Source: Candidatus Latescibacterota bacterium | Lineage (GTDB): Bacteria > Latescibacterota > UBA2968 > UBA8231 | Assembly (NCBI GenBank): GCA_965204725.1 | Contig: OZ242005.1 | Span: forward strand, 3,360,001-3,424,000 | Direction of reading: 5' to 3' | Length of the DNA stretch: 64,000 nt | Position numbers and translations under genes: made by a program | Shown: positions 9,201 to 17,447 of the stretch, one piece after another | Layout: each line of letters begins with the position of its first letter | Numbering within the stretch: position 1 is the first letter of the stretch | Notes under the pieces: generated by a model | What the model saw: only the letters and a program-made list of their open reading frames with translations | What the model was told of the DNA's origin: nothing | Databases searched by the model: none

Positions 9201-10634
9201 GTTGCCCCACGCCCACGGTTCCAGATCCGGGTCGTCAATCAGCGCGGGCAGCACGGCCCCTAGCAACGCAACTTGACCGGCCAACCAGTCAAAGCGCAGG
9301 GCCGCGCGATCGTCGGCGGGCGCGTCAAAGCGAGCGCGGCTGTCGTTGACCGTGCAAAAGGCCAGTGCCGGACATCCGGCGAGGGCCGCGACCGCCGCAT
9401 CCAATGGCACCGTCAGCGCCATGCCCCCCAACCCCTCGCGGGCAAAGTCCTGCTTCAGGCCATTGACCAGCACTCGCTGGCCTCCCAACGCGGAGTCCTC
9501 GTACGCCGTTACCCGCTTTAGCAACCGATCGGTGATGGGCGGCGCGAGCAACGAGACGCGATACGGGGCTTGCGGCCTGAACGCTCCGAGCCGCGGGCTG
9601 TGCAACGACAGGTCCAAGCCGACAAAAAAGCGCGTCTCCAACGCCCGGAGCCGCTGCAAAAGCGCGGTCTCCTCCACGCTCTCCCGCCGCCCCGCCGCGG
9701 CCAACAGCAACGGCGCGAAATGGCGCATGCCCGCCATGTTCTCAAAGTGCCCGGCCGTCCACAGCAACGCGACCGTGCGCTTGGGTGGCCGTGCGGCAAA
9801 CCCCCGCGCCAATTCCAACAGCGCGGTCGCACTCGCCGCTTGCTCGGCCCCCGGTGCTAGGGCTGGCACCGGCGACACCGCGTCGTAATGCGCGGCGAGA
9901 AAGACGACCTCCTTCTGCAGGGTCGCATCGCGCCCAGGGATTATGGCAACCACGTTCTGCGCGGCGACCTCTTGCCACGTCATTCGCCCCCACAAGCGCA
10001 CCTGCGCCCGCGACCTTGCGAGCATTCGCAACCGTTCCGCCACGTCCCTACGCGCATACAGCCGCGGCAAGTCGGCCGGTACGTCGAGGAACTTATGCTC
10101 GGCTTCCTTGCGATGCGCGCCGGCTGATTCCAAGAACACCACGGCCGCAGCCCCCAAGTGGAACGCATCCACCCAAGCGGTGCCCGAGGCGTAGTCGAGC
10201 AGGACGATCCGCCCGGCCACTGGCTGTCCTTCGAGCAGGCTGCTGTCCCCACCATACACCAACTGCCCCTCAATCCCATTAGGAGGCAGAGTCGGCGTCC
10301 GCACCAAATTGGGCCAGACGCCGAACAATTCGAGCCGCTCTCCGCCGCATTCGAGCCAGAACCCCTCGTCGATTGGCACCGACACCGGGAACTCGTGCCG
10401 GTAGAATTCTGCTATCCCCAAACTCTCCAGCTCGGAGACCAGCCACTCGCGGGCCGCTGTGGCCCCCGGATAGCCGGTCATGCGCGAGGCCGGTGCGGAG
10501 AGCGTCTCTACGGTGCATCGCAGACGAAATTCTCGCTCGGACTCGGCGGCAAGCGTCGGGCTTGTGAGCAGCAAGGTTACAAAAAAAAGGAACGCCCCCG
10601 TGTCTAAAACTCGGAGGCTTGTTCGGCTAGCCAA
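6237..10634 (-). CDS. M28 peptidase-like (nicalin/nicastrin-like) ectodomain fused to multi-TM region and FtsX-like permease
   Basis: NVVAIIPG..FLAAHYDAVS..APGAEQAASATALLELARG; TM cluster; MacB-like periplasmic region; VYERTQEIGTFNAVGL FtsX motif; TTG start uncertain. Confidence 0.85.
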   Translation of the reverse strand: MASRTSLRVLDTGAFLFFVTLLLTSPTLAAESEREFRLRCTVETLSAPASRMTGYPGATAAREWLVSELESLGIAEFYRHEFPVSVPIDEGFWLECGGERLELFGVWPNLVRTPTLPPNGIEGQLVYGGDSSLLEGQPVAGRIVLLDYASGTAWVDAFHLGAAAVVFLESAGAHRKEAEHKFLDVPADLPRLYARRDVAERLRMLARSRAQVRLWGRMTWQEVAAQNVVAIIPGRDATLQKEVVFLAAHYDAVSPVPALAPGAEQAASATALLELARGFAARPPKRTVALLWTAGHFENMAGMRHFAPLLLAAAGRRESVEETALLQRLRALETRFFVGLDLSLHSPRLGAFRPQAPYRVSLLAPPITDRLLKRVTAYEDSALGGQRVLVNGLKQDFAREGLGGMALTVPLDAAVAALAGCPALAFCTVNDSRARFDAPADDRAALRFDWLAGQVALLGAVLPALIDDPDLEPWAWGNDAFGTIRGEVVHYGPRSYLPDEPTAGALVRVRVRQPTLAGVRPDFWAVADDSGRFAIPGVESGIIYTQPVRLEAYRLNAETGAVTDAPDWGINGERRLPGRALTVLMDSAEEEVQIVTAPLRGTTLFGIFDPRNLLTLERVQAIDAVQEAEPVVYGACLPLTAPEMELFSYENRVRSWTEPVGVLFTRPATRFKAVMATGRYGLGRRLLLLNGTRDAPSGLGYAVDGRGRVVETVYRVAVDMHVLNGERIERLERHGVRNERLAAFHERSAGLLKAAAAARAEHRHRDFVDRARRAWALAAAAYRDVERTQAGVVQGALFLLAVLIPFAHFAERLAFGFADLRRQVLGYFALFLVGFVALRYVHPAFELSISPAIILLGFVILALGILVAFLGMSRLNRELQALSEGGRAIAVQRSGAVLTSIAVGLAHLRRRPWRTGLTCATLVLLTFAVLSFTSIRAALHTNWIAIGAGAAYEGALVRMPGWQAMEMEGYDLLRDWFGAEQVAPRAWLSVQSLASSYRVEREDAEERAVGVWGFVGLAAQEEDLLGPEVVAGRWLRPGEEDACLLPVGLADSLGISAAGLEQERVRVFGEVFRVVGLLADDALDRLDLNGEPLTPLDPEAQQPSEAEVGRGQGGTLRPFAHLPASATPVLPFAALIRWERARLASVGIRLDGTPAETCAALTQLAETLDLNLFAGLKGQCLLVNSVGVASVSGWGSLIVPLLIAALIVFNTMLGAVYERTQEIGTFNAVGLAPRHVSGLFMAEAVALGVVGTVAGYLLGQGAAQLLGRGGFLPGLELNYSSLGAVLTVGAIALLVVASALYPARMAGRICTPGIERRWKLPVVEGEHLRVQLPFSLARREALGMAAFQAESWAAHREQSIGAGFYVEALQVEQVGDRVRVAAQVWLAPFDQGVMQKTAMEIAPGADPHYCDIHVDLALVAGDLATWQRVVRTFLDDVRKQFLVWRTLSAESRRYYAEQLPQREGD
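10581..10624 (-). terminator. Terminator-like hairpin + T8 overlapping the start of the M28-FtsX gene
   Basis: Minus strand GCCTCCG...CGGGGGC stem followed by GTTCC and T8. Confidence 0.45.
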
Positions 10635-10665
10635 TTGCCATTACCTTTTCTAAAATTTTCTGCCG

Positions 10666-10959
10666 TTAGCAATACCAATCCTCAGACAGATCGGCTAACG
10701 TTGGATTGGTGGTTTTTATCAGATCAAGTTTTTTCTTTCGCGTCAATCCCTTTAGCTGTTTCTCTTTTGATATAGCTTCGAGGATGTCGGATGTCGCTTC
10801 AAAGTATATCAGCCTATTGATGTTGTATTTGCTTGTGAAACCTGAAACGAGCTTGCGCTTATGTTCATAGATTCTTCTTTGTAGATTGTTGGTAACACCT
10901 ATATAGAGGGTTCCTGAGCGATTTGTCATGATATAGACGAAGTATTCTTTTGTTATCAT
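10666..10959 (-). CDS. Small GIY-YIG nuclease family protein
   Basis: YFVYIM..SGTLYIGVTNNLQRRIYEH..LIYFE..AISKEKQLKG..TNP; AT-rich relative to flanks. Confidence 0.92.
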   Translation of the reverse strand: MITKEYFVYIMTNRSGTLYIGVTNNLQRRIYEHKRKLVSGFTSKYNINRLIYFEATSDILEAISKEKQLKGLTRKKKLDLIKTTNPTLADLSEDWYC

Positions 10960-10979
10960 CTCGTCTTACATTCTATTCT

Positions 10980-11082
10980 TGTCATGCTGAGGAAGCCGAC
11001 AGGCTGACGAAGCATCTCATACCTCACAAGAATACAAAACCAACTAACATAAAAGAGATTCTTCGCTGCGCTCAGAATGACA
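10980..11082. repeat. Inverted REP pair (REPIN-like)
   Basis: TGTCATGCTGAG..CGAAGCATCTC (10980-11018) is the inverted counterpart of GAGATTCTTCGCTGCGCTCAGAATGACA (11055-11082). Confidence 0.75.
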
Positions 11083-11127
11083 AAACAAAGATACCTCTAT
11101 CAAGCGAAACATGCCCTCCGCATACCC

Positions 11128-12564
11128 TCACCCCCAGAACTTGGGCACCTGCTCCCGCAGCGTGACAAACGCGAAATAGCCGAAGAACGCACAGGCCCAC
11201 AGCAAGGCCACAAAGCGCACCGGGTGCATGGCCAGCGCTCCTTTGAGTACGCGATTGTTCTGCCACAAGAGCAACACCGAATACAGTAGCATAACCCCGG
11301 CGTTGAGCGAGGCACTCAAGACCAGCAACTGCACCGGCTTGTTGTAGTCCGAGAGCATGATCAGGATGCCGAAAAGGATCTGCGCCCACAGCAAGAGGAA
11401 GTAGAGCCGATTCCGCGTCCACTGGGCGTGGGCGCGCAGCCAGTTGGTCTTGATAATGTCGGTGGAGATGCGAGCGCAGGCGTCCAACAGCCCCAGCTCG
11501 GTCGTCAGCAAAATGGCGATGCCCATCCAGTTGAAGAGGTGTTTGAAAAAGCCGCCGCGCTCCTGCGCGATAAAGTCGCCCTCAGTGCCGATAAACCCCA
11601 AACCCTGTTCCAGCCCGGGCGCCTGTCTCGTGGTGGCGTAGGCGATCAGCGACAGCAGCATCAGCGACAGGACCGAGAGCGCGTAGAAGGTGACCAAGTG
11701 TTCGCGATTGGCCGCCTGCCACCAGCCGCGCCAGCGTCGCATGTTCGCCGGCGTCTGCTCAAAGTGGTAGCCGATGGCACCCACGGCCTCGTCCCGCCCG
11801 GTCAGCGGGCTAGTCAGCCGCCCCACGTACGCGCCCATGGCGTAGCCTTTGTCGCGGACGAAATCGCTCTGCGCCAAGTTCATCGTCCCGCCAGCACCCG
11901 CAAAGGCCAAAGCACCCAAAAAGAGCGGCAACTCCATTTCCTCGGGGATATAGCCGATATTGACGATGCCCTTGCACAGGTCCCACACGTGGCTCGGCTC
12001 TACGACCAAGAAGAAAATGACCAACAGCAAGACCAGCACCGCGGCGATTAGCACCGTTTGGATGCGCTCTACCGTACGGTACACCACCGGCCCCAAACTC
12101 AGCGCCAACCCGACCACCAACAGACTCGCGATCGAATAGCCGACCCGTGTGCTCTCGTCGCCGCCGAACTCCCAAGTCAAGATGGTCGCCGCCCCAGACG
12201 CCCAGCCCGGCCACATCCACGGAACCACGTTGCACACCAGAAAAACCCCGGCCCAGCCCGACCACAGGCGGCAAAACCCGGTCACCGCAGTCTCGCCGGT
12301 AGCCAGCGTCCAGCGCTCGATCTCCATGTTGATGAAATACTGGGTCAGCACCCCCACCATGCAGGCCCAGAACACTGCGAAGCCAAACTTGTACGTGATG
12401 TAGGGCCAGAGCACGAACTCCCCGCTGCCCAGCGAAAGCCCCAACAGCAGGATGCTCGGGCCGACCAGCTTGCGCCAGTGGGGCGGCTCGGGTAGATCGC
12501 GGTACTGCCCTGCCGGCAGCCGATCGCAGGGGATCGCCTCGTGCGGCACGGATTTAGTTGTCAT
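11128..12564 (-). CDS. Nramp-like (COG1914/APC superfamily) transporter
   Basis: GPSILLLGLSLGSGEFVLWP, ERWTLATGE, about 11 hydrophobic segments. Confidence 0.8.
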   Translation of the reverse strand: MTTKSVPHEAIPCDRLPAGQYRDLPEPPHWRKLVGPSILLLGLSLGSGEFVLWPYITYKFGFAVFWACMVGVLTQYFINMEIERWTLATGETAVTGFCRLWSGWAGVFLVCNVVPWMWPGWASGAATILTWEFGGDESTRVGYSIASLLVVGLALSLGPVVYRTVERIQTVLIAAVLVLLLVIFFLVVEPSHVWDLCKGIVNIGYIPEEMELPLFLGALAFAGAGGTMNLAQSDFVRDKGYAMGAYVGRLTSPLTGRDEAVGAIGYHFEQTPANMRRWRGWWQAANREHLVTFYALSVLSLMLLSLIAYATTRQAPGLEQGLGFIGTEGDFIAQERGGFFKHLFNWMGIAILLTTELGLLDACARISTDIIKTNWLRAHAQWTRNRLYFLLLWAQILFGILIMLSDYNKPVQLLVLSASLNAGVMLLYSVLLLWQNNRVLKGALAMHPVRFVALLWACAFFGYFAFVTLREQVPKFWG

Positions 12565-12600
12565 ATCGCCCCTCCTCTAAGCAATCAGCGGACGAACAAA

Positions 12601-12682
12601 ATCGCCTATGGCCTAAGTAGCGAACATCCCGACCTCGAACCAGAAGACCCGTCAACGGCTCGACCATCCGGTTCTTGCTGCG
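12601..12682 (+). pseudogene. Decayed DUF433 antitoxin fragment
   Basis: IAYGLSSEHPDLEPED, then RQRLDHPVLAA in a shifted frame; both resemble the DUF433 C-terminus; no start codon. Confidence 0.5.
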
Positions 12683-12700
12683 CGATTCTTCTCACGTATC

Positions 12701-13789
12701 CTACGCCCGCCAAGCGACCAACGGATGCTCGCGCCGCTGCATGGGAAATTCCACCCGTCCCCCAGTGATCTCCGCTTCGTAAGCGCCCAAGATCATCTCC
12801 AAGGCCGCCACTGCGTCGCGCGCACTCGACAGCGGCTCGCGGTCGGCTTCGGCCGCGTCGATCAAATCGGCGACCGCCAAGTCGTTGCCCGTGCTCAGGG
12901 ATTCATCTGCCACCTCGTCTAAGGCGACCCACTGCTGGTTCGCATCGGCTGGATCAAACACCGGATGCGGATAGAGCATGGCCGCGCCACTGCCGCCGCC
13001 GCGCAACGCGATCATCCCTTCGCTGCCCTCGATCTTCAGGCCCATCCGCTGGCCCCCGCCCCCGGCGTGTTTCCGCGAATCAAAAAAGCCCGCCACCCCG
13101 CTCTTGAAGGCGAAGTAGCTGTGGATGCAATCGCCAGCGACCGGTCCCACCGGCTCGGTCGCCTCGCGCACGTCTTCGACTGTGAGTGCCCGGCCTTCGT
13201 GCGTGATGTGGGCCGTCATCCACGCTACGTCGCCGGCAAACAGGCGCGCCATATTGAACAAGTGCGTCCCCAAGACAATCATGTCCTCGCCCCCGCCGCG
13301 CCGATCCTGTTTGCCGTGGGCGCGAATGGCCTGTACCGCGCCGATCCGCCCCTGTGCCAATACTTCCTTTACGTGCCGGATTCTCGGCAGGTACGCTCCC
13401 TGATGCGCCACGGCGACCTTCCGCCCGGTCGCCTCGGCCTTAGCCACAATCTGGTCGCCTTCCGCCAAGTTCCAAGTCATGGGCTTTTCGCAGTACACGT
13501 GCGCCCCCGCCTCCAAACAGGCCAAGACCATCTCCAAGTGACAATCGGTCCAGCGTGGCCCAACCGTCACTATCGCTGGCTGCTCGGCCGCTAGCATCGC
13601 GCGCCAGTCGGCGTACGCACGGGGAGCGGCCAATTCCGCCTGCTTGGCCCGCCGTTCCTCGGCGTCCTCGTCGGCAACCGCCACCACCTCAACGCGCGGG
13701 TGGTTCTTCAAGCCCAAGTGCAACCCGTGTCCCCAATTGCCCCGGCCCGTGCGGCCGATGGCCGCTGCTCTGTACATCTCGTCGCTCAT
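12701..13789 (-). CDS. Gfo/Idh/MocA family oxidoreductase
   Basis: AIGRTGRGNWG Rossmann region, HVYCEKP, DMIVLGTHLF. Confidence 0.92.
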   Translation of the reverse strand: MSDEMYRAAAIGRTGRGNWGHGLHLGLKNHPRVEVVAVADEDAEERRAKQAELAAPRAYADWRAMLAAEQPAIVTVGPRWTDCHLEMVLACLEAGAHVYCEKPMTWNLAEGDQIVAKAEATGRKVAVAHQGAYLPRIRHVKEVLAQGRIGAVQAIRAHGKQDRRGGGEDMIVLGTHLFNMARLFAGDVAWMTAHITHEGRALTVEDVREATEPVGPVAGDCIHSYFAFKSGVAGFFDSRKHAGGGGQRMGLKIEGSEGMIALRGGGSGAAMLYPHPVFDPADANQQWVALDEVADESLSTGNDLAVADLIDAAEADREPLSSARDAVAALEMILGAYEAEITGGRVEFPMQRREHPLVAWRA

Positions 13790-13961
13790 GCTGCACTCCT
13801 TTCAGTTGAGTTTCTACGATATAGAACCATTTAGTTGGGCGCGTCAATTGCCTGTGATGTCGCCACGCCGCGAGAGATTGGGCTATCGGCATCTTGCTCT
13901 TGCTAAGGTTATACTCGAATTGTATGTATATATATGTATTAACGAGAAGGAGGAGAAAGTA

Positions 13962-14657
13962 ATGGCCCTGTTAACCGATGAAGAATTACTAGAGACGTTT
14001 GAAACGCAATTGCCGGCCCTGATCAAACGGCACCCCGAGCTAGAGCCTCGCGTCTATACAGCGTTCATCGAAACGTTTGCCACCAAAAAGGAAGTGGCGG
14101 CAGTGCTTGCTGAATTGCATGCCTTCCGCGGCGAGTTTGGTCAGTTCCGCACGGAGGTCAACGAGCGCTTTGAAAAAATCGACGAACGCTTTGAAAAAAT
14201 CGACGAACGCTTTGAACAGATGAGCCAACAGATAGCCGATGTAAACCAACAGATCGCCTACATGAGCCAGCAGATCTCCCGTACAGACGCCAAGGTCGAT
14301 TTGACGGTCGGGGGGTTCCAGCGGCGGGCGGGAAGGAAGCTCGAAAACATGGTCGCCGAGGTGTTGCGCTTTGGCCTGAAGCGGCAAGATGTGTCCGCAG
14401 ACAACGTGCGGCTGCGACAGACGCTAGCGGATGTGGAGGGCGTGGTAGGCCCGGCGGGACGAACCTACGAGGTCGATATTCTGGTCGACAACAGCTCGCT
14501 GGTGGTCTTTGAGGTCAAATCGGCCGCCTGTAAGGTCGAAGAGATCGATCGGTTTGCCGACAAGGTGGCGTTGGTGCGGCGGCAGCATCCCGACAAAGCG
14601 GTCGAGGGGGCCCTCATCAGCTTAACCGGCCGATACCGTGAAAGCGCGGTGTGCTGA
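13962..14657 (+). CDS. Coiled-coil + PD-(D/E)XK nuclease protein (DUF3782-like), probable 3' frameshift
   Basis: RBS AAGGAGGAG before ATG 13962; ERFEKID heptads; YEVDILV..VFEVKS; family-like tail ADTVKARCAEWGIQIV* lies in another frame ending at 14679. Confidence 0.75.
   Translation: MALLTDEELLETFETQLPALIKRHPELEPRVYTAFIETFATKKEVAAVLAELHAFRGEFGQFRTEVNERFEKIDERFEKIDERFEQMSQQIADVNQQIAYMSQQISRTDAKVDLTVGGFQRRAGRKLENMVAEVLRFGLKRQDVSADNVRLRQTLADVEGVVGPAGRTYEVDILVDNSSLVVFEVKSAACKVEEIDRFADKVALVRRQHPDKAVEGALISLTGRYRESAVC
14161..14216 (+). repeat. 21-bp coding tandem repeat (about 2.7 copies)
   Basis: ACGA(G/A)CGCTTTGAAAAAATCG units encoding ERFEKID. Confidence 0.9.
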
Positions 14658-14691
14658 ATGGGGCATCCAAATCGTCTGAGCCGCAATTTCT

Positions 14692-16635
14692 TCACCGCAC
14701 CCCCACGTACACCACATTCCCCACCTCCCCGAGGCAAAAGTCGATCGCCATCCACGCGGCCGCCCCCATGAGTTGCCCGGCGATCAGCCCGGCGAAGAGC
14801 GGCTTGTACGTGCGGTAGCCGCGCGTACCGGCGAATTTGAATATCACGGCCTTGCACAACCAGCCCAAGAACACCGAAAACCACGCCACGCCCATGACCC
14901 AACTGTCGCTCACCGGCAGGCCGATGTAGTGTAGCGGCCACCACGAGAAGTGGTGCTGCATGTAAATCAGCGCGCCCATCAAGGCCGCGCCCACGCCCGT
15001 AAACAGCAGCCGCGGCCGGATGTGATCCCAGCCGACGGGATTGAGGATCTTGTCCTCCAAGAAGCGATAGGCCAGCGTCGGCACCCCGAACTGGCGCAGG
15101 TTGATCCCACCGTGCGTGTAGTTCAAATAGAGGGTGATCCAAAAGGCCCCCATCAGGCCGACGACAACTGCGATGACCAACCCCCAAAACAGACGCCGGT
15201 GATGCGCTCCGTGCCCGTGCGCCAATTTGAGCGCATTGGCGGTGGAAGCCATGACCGTGGTGCGCATTTCAGCGGCCCAAGAATAGCTTAGGCTAATCGA
15301 CGTCAGCCCCTTCCACCCAATGGCGTCCGTACCCAAGGTATAGACCGCAAAGGGCTGCGGCAGCATGGTCGAAGAGGTAAATCCCACGCCGCCTTGGGCA
15401 ATGACTCGCGCAATGGCCAAGAAAATGGCAAAGGCCCCGCAGAAAAACACCACGGCCGCCACCACCGGCACCCCGCTCAACAGCAGCCAGCCGAGGAAAT
15501 AGGCCGCACAGGCGATCCACAGCCACACGGCCGCCCGATAGGAAAGAATCTCGTCGCCATCGTCGGCCTGCGCCCCGCGCCTGAACGCCGCGCGGAACAC
15601 TTGGCGCAAGTGGCCTCGTGCCGTCCACAAAATTGCCGCGACCAACACCAGCATCGCCCCCATCCCTTGGTGCGACAGGGCCACTGAAGAACCGGTGAGT
15701 GCCTCGTTGTGCCCTTTGATCTGAAAGCCGACGACGTTAAAAACCCCGGTCTGGCAGCGGCTCAACAGGTGGAAAAACCACACCGAGAAGGCCACGTTGA
15801 GGTTGAGGAAGTACGCCACGCCAATGATGGCGAAATTGACGAAGATGTGCAGCCGGACGCTATCACGGAACAGCATCAGCGGGTCGAACACCAGCCGGAC
15901 CTCAGGCACGTAAAAGAAGTAGTGGTTTAGCCCGTCTAGCAGTTGGATGGCAAAGGGCAGCGAAAACCCGACCCACATCAGCGGGTTGCGAAACAACGGC
16001 GGGAAAATGCCCTCGTCGTTGCCACGCACCATCTCCAAGGGCACCTGCGCCAGTGGGAAAACCAGCCGCTCCTGTTCGACCCAAGGCCGCCTGAAGACGA
16101 CCATGGTCGCAATCATCAGCAAGTAGATGGCCACCATCGCGCTGCCCCAAGCCGCCAGCGGCACCAGCCAAGCTCCCCACGGAATGCCCATCCCCTCGGG
16201 CAGCCCTTCGTAAAAGAAGCGTGCGGCCTCGGCTTCGTGCGGTGCCAGCCAAGAGGGAATGAGCGGTTGAATCAGCTCGGCCCAGCGGTTTTCTGGGGTG
16301 GCGTAGTAGAAGGGGCGGGTGAGGATGTGGCACAGATTGGTCACTAATCCCCACGTGGGAATGGCCGACGCCACGACCATCATGGCGTACACGACCACCA
16401 ACTCGCTCGTGCGCAAGGCTCGCGATTTGCACACCACCTTGAGCAAGGGGTTGACCAAGCCCACCAGCAGCAGAAAGACCATCATCGCGCCGGCCGCGAG
16501 GTAATCCGAGGTCAAGCCGGCGTTTTGCAGGACGAGTACTGAATAGGGACAGGCCAGATTCAAAAAGAGGGCCGCCCCCGCGCCCAATACGAGGGCGCGC
16601 CGCGTCACCTCCAAGCCAGTTCGCTCCTTGTGCAT
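14692..16635 (-). CDS. DUF6785/DUF6784-type multi-TM membrane protein (putative peptide transporter)
   Basis: ELVVVYAMM, YYATPENRW, WVEQERLVFPL, WWPLHYIGL, YKPLFAGLIAG; start reset to ATG 16635 (MHKERT). Confidence 0.8.
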   Translation of the reverse strand: MHKERTGLEVTRRALVLGAGAALFLNLACPYSVLVLQNAGLTSDYLAAGAMMVFLLLVGLVNPLLKVVCKSRALRTSELVVVYAMMVVASAIPTWGLVTNLCHILTRPFYYATPENRWAELIQPLIPSWLAPHEAEAARFFYEGLPEGMGIPWGAWLVPLAAWGSAMVAIYLLMIATMVVFRRPWVEQERLVFPLAQVPLEMVRGNDEGIFPPLFRNPLMWVGFSLPFAIQLLDGLNHYFFYVPEVRLVFDPLMLFRDSVRLHIFVNFAIIGVAYFLNLNVAFSVWFFHLLSRCQTGVFNVVGFQIKGHNEALTGSSVALSHQGMGAMLVLVAAILWTARGHLRQVFRAAFRRGAQADDGDEILSYRAAVWLWIACAAYFLGWLLLSGVPVVAAVVFFCGAFAIFLAIARVIAQGGVGFTSSTMLPQPFAVYTLGTDAIGWKGLTSISLSYSWAAEMRTTVMASTANALKLAHGHGAHHRRLFWGLVIAVVVGLMGAFWITLYLNYTHGGINLRQFGVPTLAYRFLEDKILNPVGWDHIRPRLLFTGVGAALMGALIYMQHHFSWWPLHYIGLPVSDSWVMGVAWFSVFLGWLCKAVIFKFAGTRGYRTYKPLFAGLIAGQLMGAAAWMAIDFCLGEVGNVVYVGVR

Positions 16636-16703
16636 GGCCGGAAAATAGCCGCTGGCCTGTGCAGTGGCAAAAGCCGTCCCTCGCGTCGTCCTAACAATAT
16701 GGA

Positions 16704-17447
16704 CTAGAAGAAGGTGGCCGGGATGAACTTGCCGCCAGCGACGACGAACTGCCACTTGACGCTGTAGTAGAATCGGGTGCGGAAGGTACGGCCTTGAGCC
16801 GTGAGAAGGCTGAGCGTTTCTTCGATGGTGTCGATTTCGCCGCGCCGATTGGCATCGTCAAACAGAATGAGAAAATCCTCGCCGAGTTCCCTCTCGACCC
16901 ATTGGAGCATTCCCCAGCGAGAGTGCTTTGGGCTCGCCTGTGGGCCATCGACTAAGAGCAGATCGGGGGGAGTATCGAGTTCAGCATCGATGTTGTATGT
17001 CGAGATCCGTCGGCCTCGGACCACCCGCTCGACCAAGTTGGCACAGGTAATGTCGTACTGCACCTGTTGTTGAATGCGCTGTGCCCATTCTCGGTCGTGT
17101 TCCAACGTCGTAATCTCAATGGGCCGCAGTTGTTGCAGGGCGTCTAGTAGCAAGCTAGACTGACCGCAGCCGCACTCAACAACTCGCCTAACGGGAAGCT
17201 CGGTGACGGCGCGGAGCAACAGGTACAGGAGTGAGAAGCTAGCCGCACCGCCGGTGGCGTAGTAGCGGTTTTCTAGCCCCAAGCGGGTTAGCGCGTTGGC
17301 AAAAAGACGCTCGTACACCAATTCCTGTCCGTACATTGTAGCAGGATGCTGGATCGCCCGTGCGAGCGACAGGCAGGGAGGACCAAACCATTTGAACAAT
17401 CTCAGCCCCCATCTTCCGCCTGCGTCTATAGGTTTAAGGAGCTTCAT
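16704..17447 (-). CDS. Class I SAM-dependent methyltransferase-like protein
   Basis: VVECGCGQSS, ITTLEHD, LLLVDGP, ILFDDANR. Confidence 0.7.
   Translation of the reverse strand: MKLLKPIDAGGRWGLRLFKWFGPPCLSLARAIQHPATMYGQELVYERLFANALTRLGLENRYYATGGAASFSLLYLLLRAVTELPVRRVVECGCGQSSLLLDALQQLRPIEITTLEHDREWAQRIQQQVQYDITCANLVERVVRGRRISTYNIDAELDTPPDLLLVDGPQASPKHSRWGMLQWVERELGEDFLILFDDANRRGEIDTIEETLSLLTAQGRTFRTRFYYSVKWQFVVAGGKFIPATFF

Noticed and set aside
8253-9263. 336-aa antisense ORF and many similar shadow ORFs
   Set aside because: Arg/Pro-rich products opposite well-supported genes, typical of high-GC codon bias.
13644-13961. N-terminal extension of the nuclease ORF
   Set aside because: It overlaps the divergent oxidoreductase gene, and a strong RBS precedes ATG 13962.
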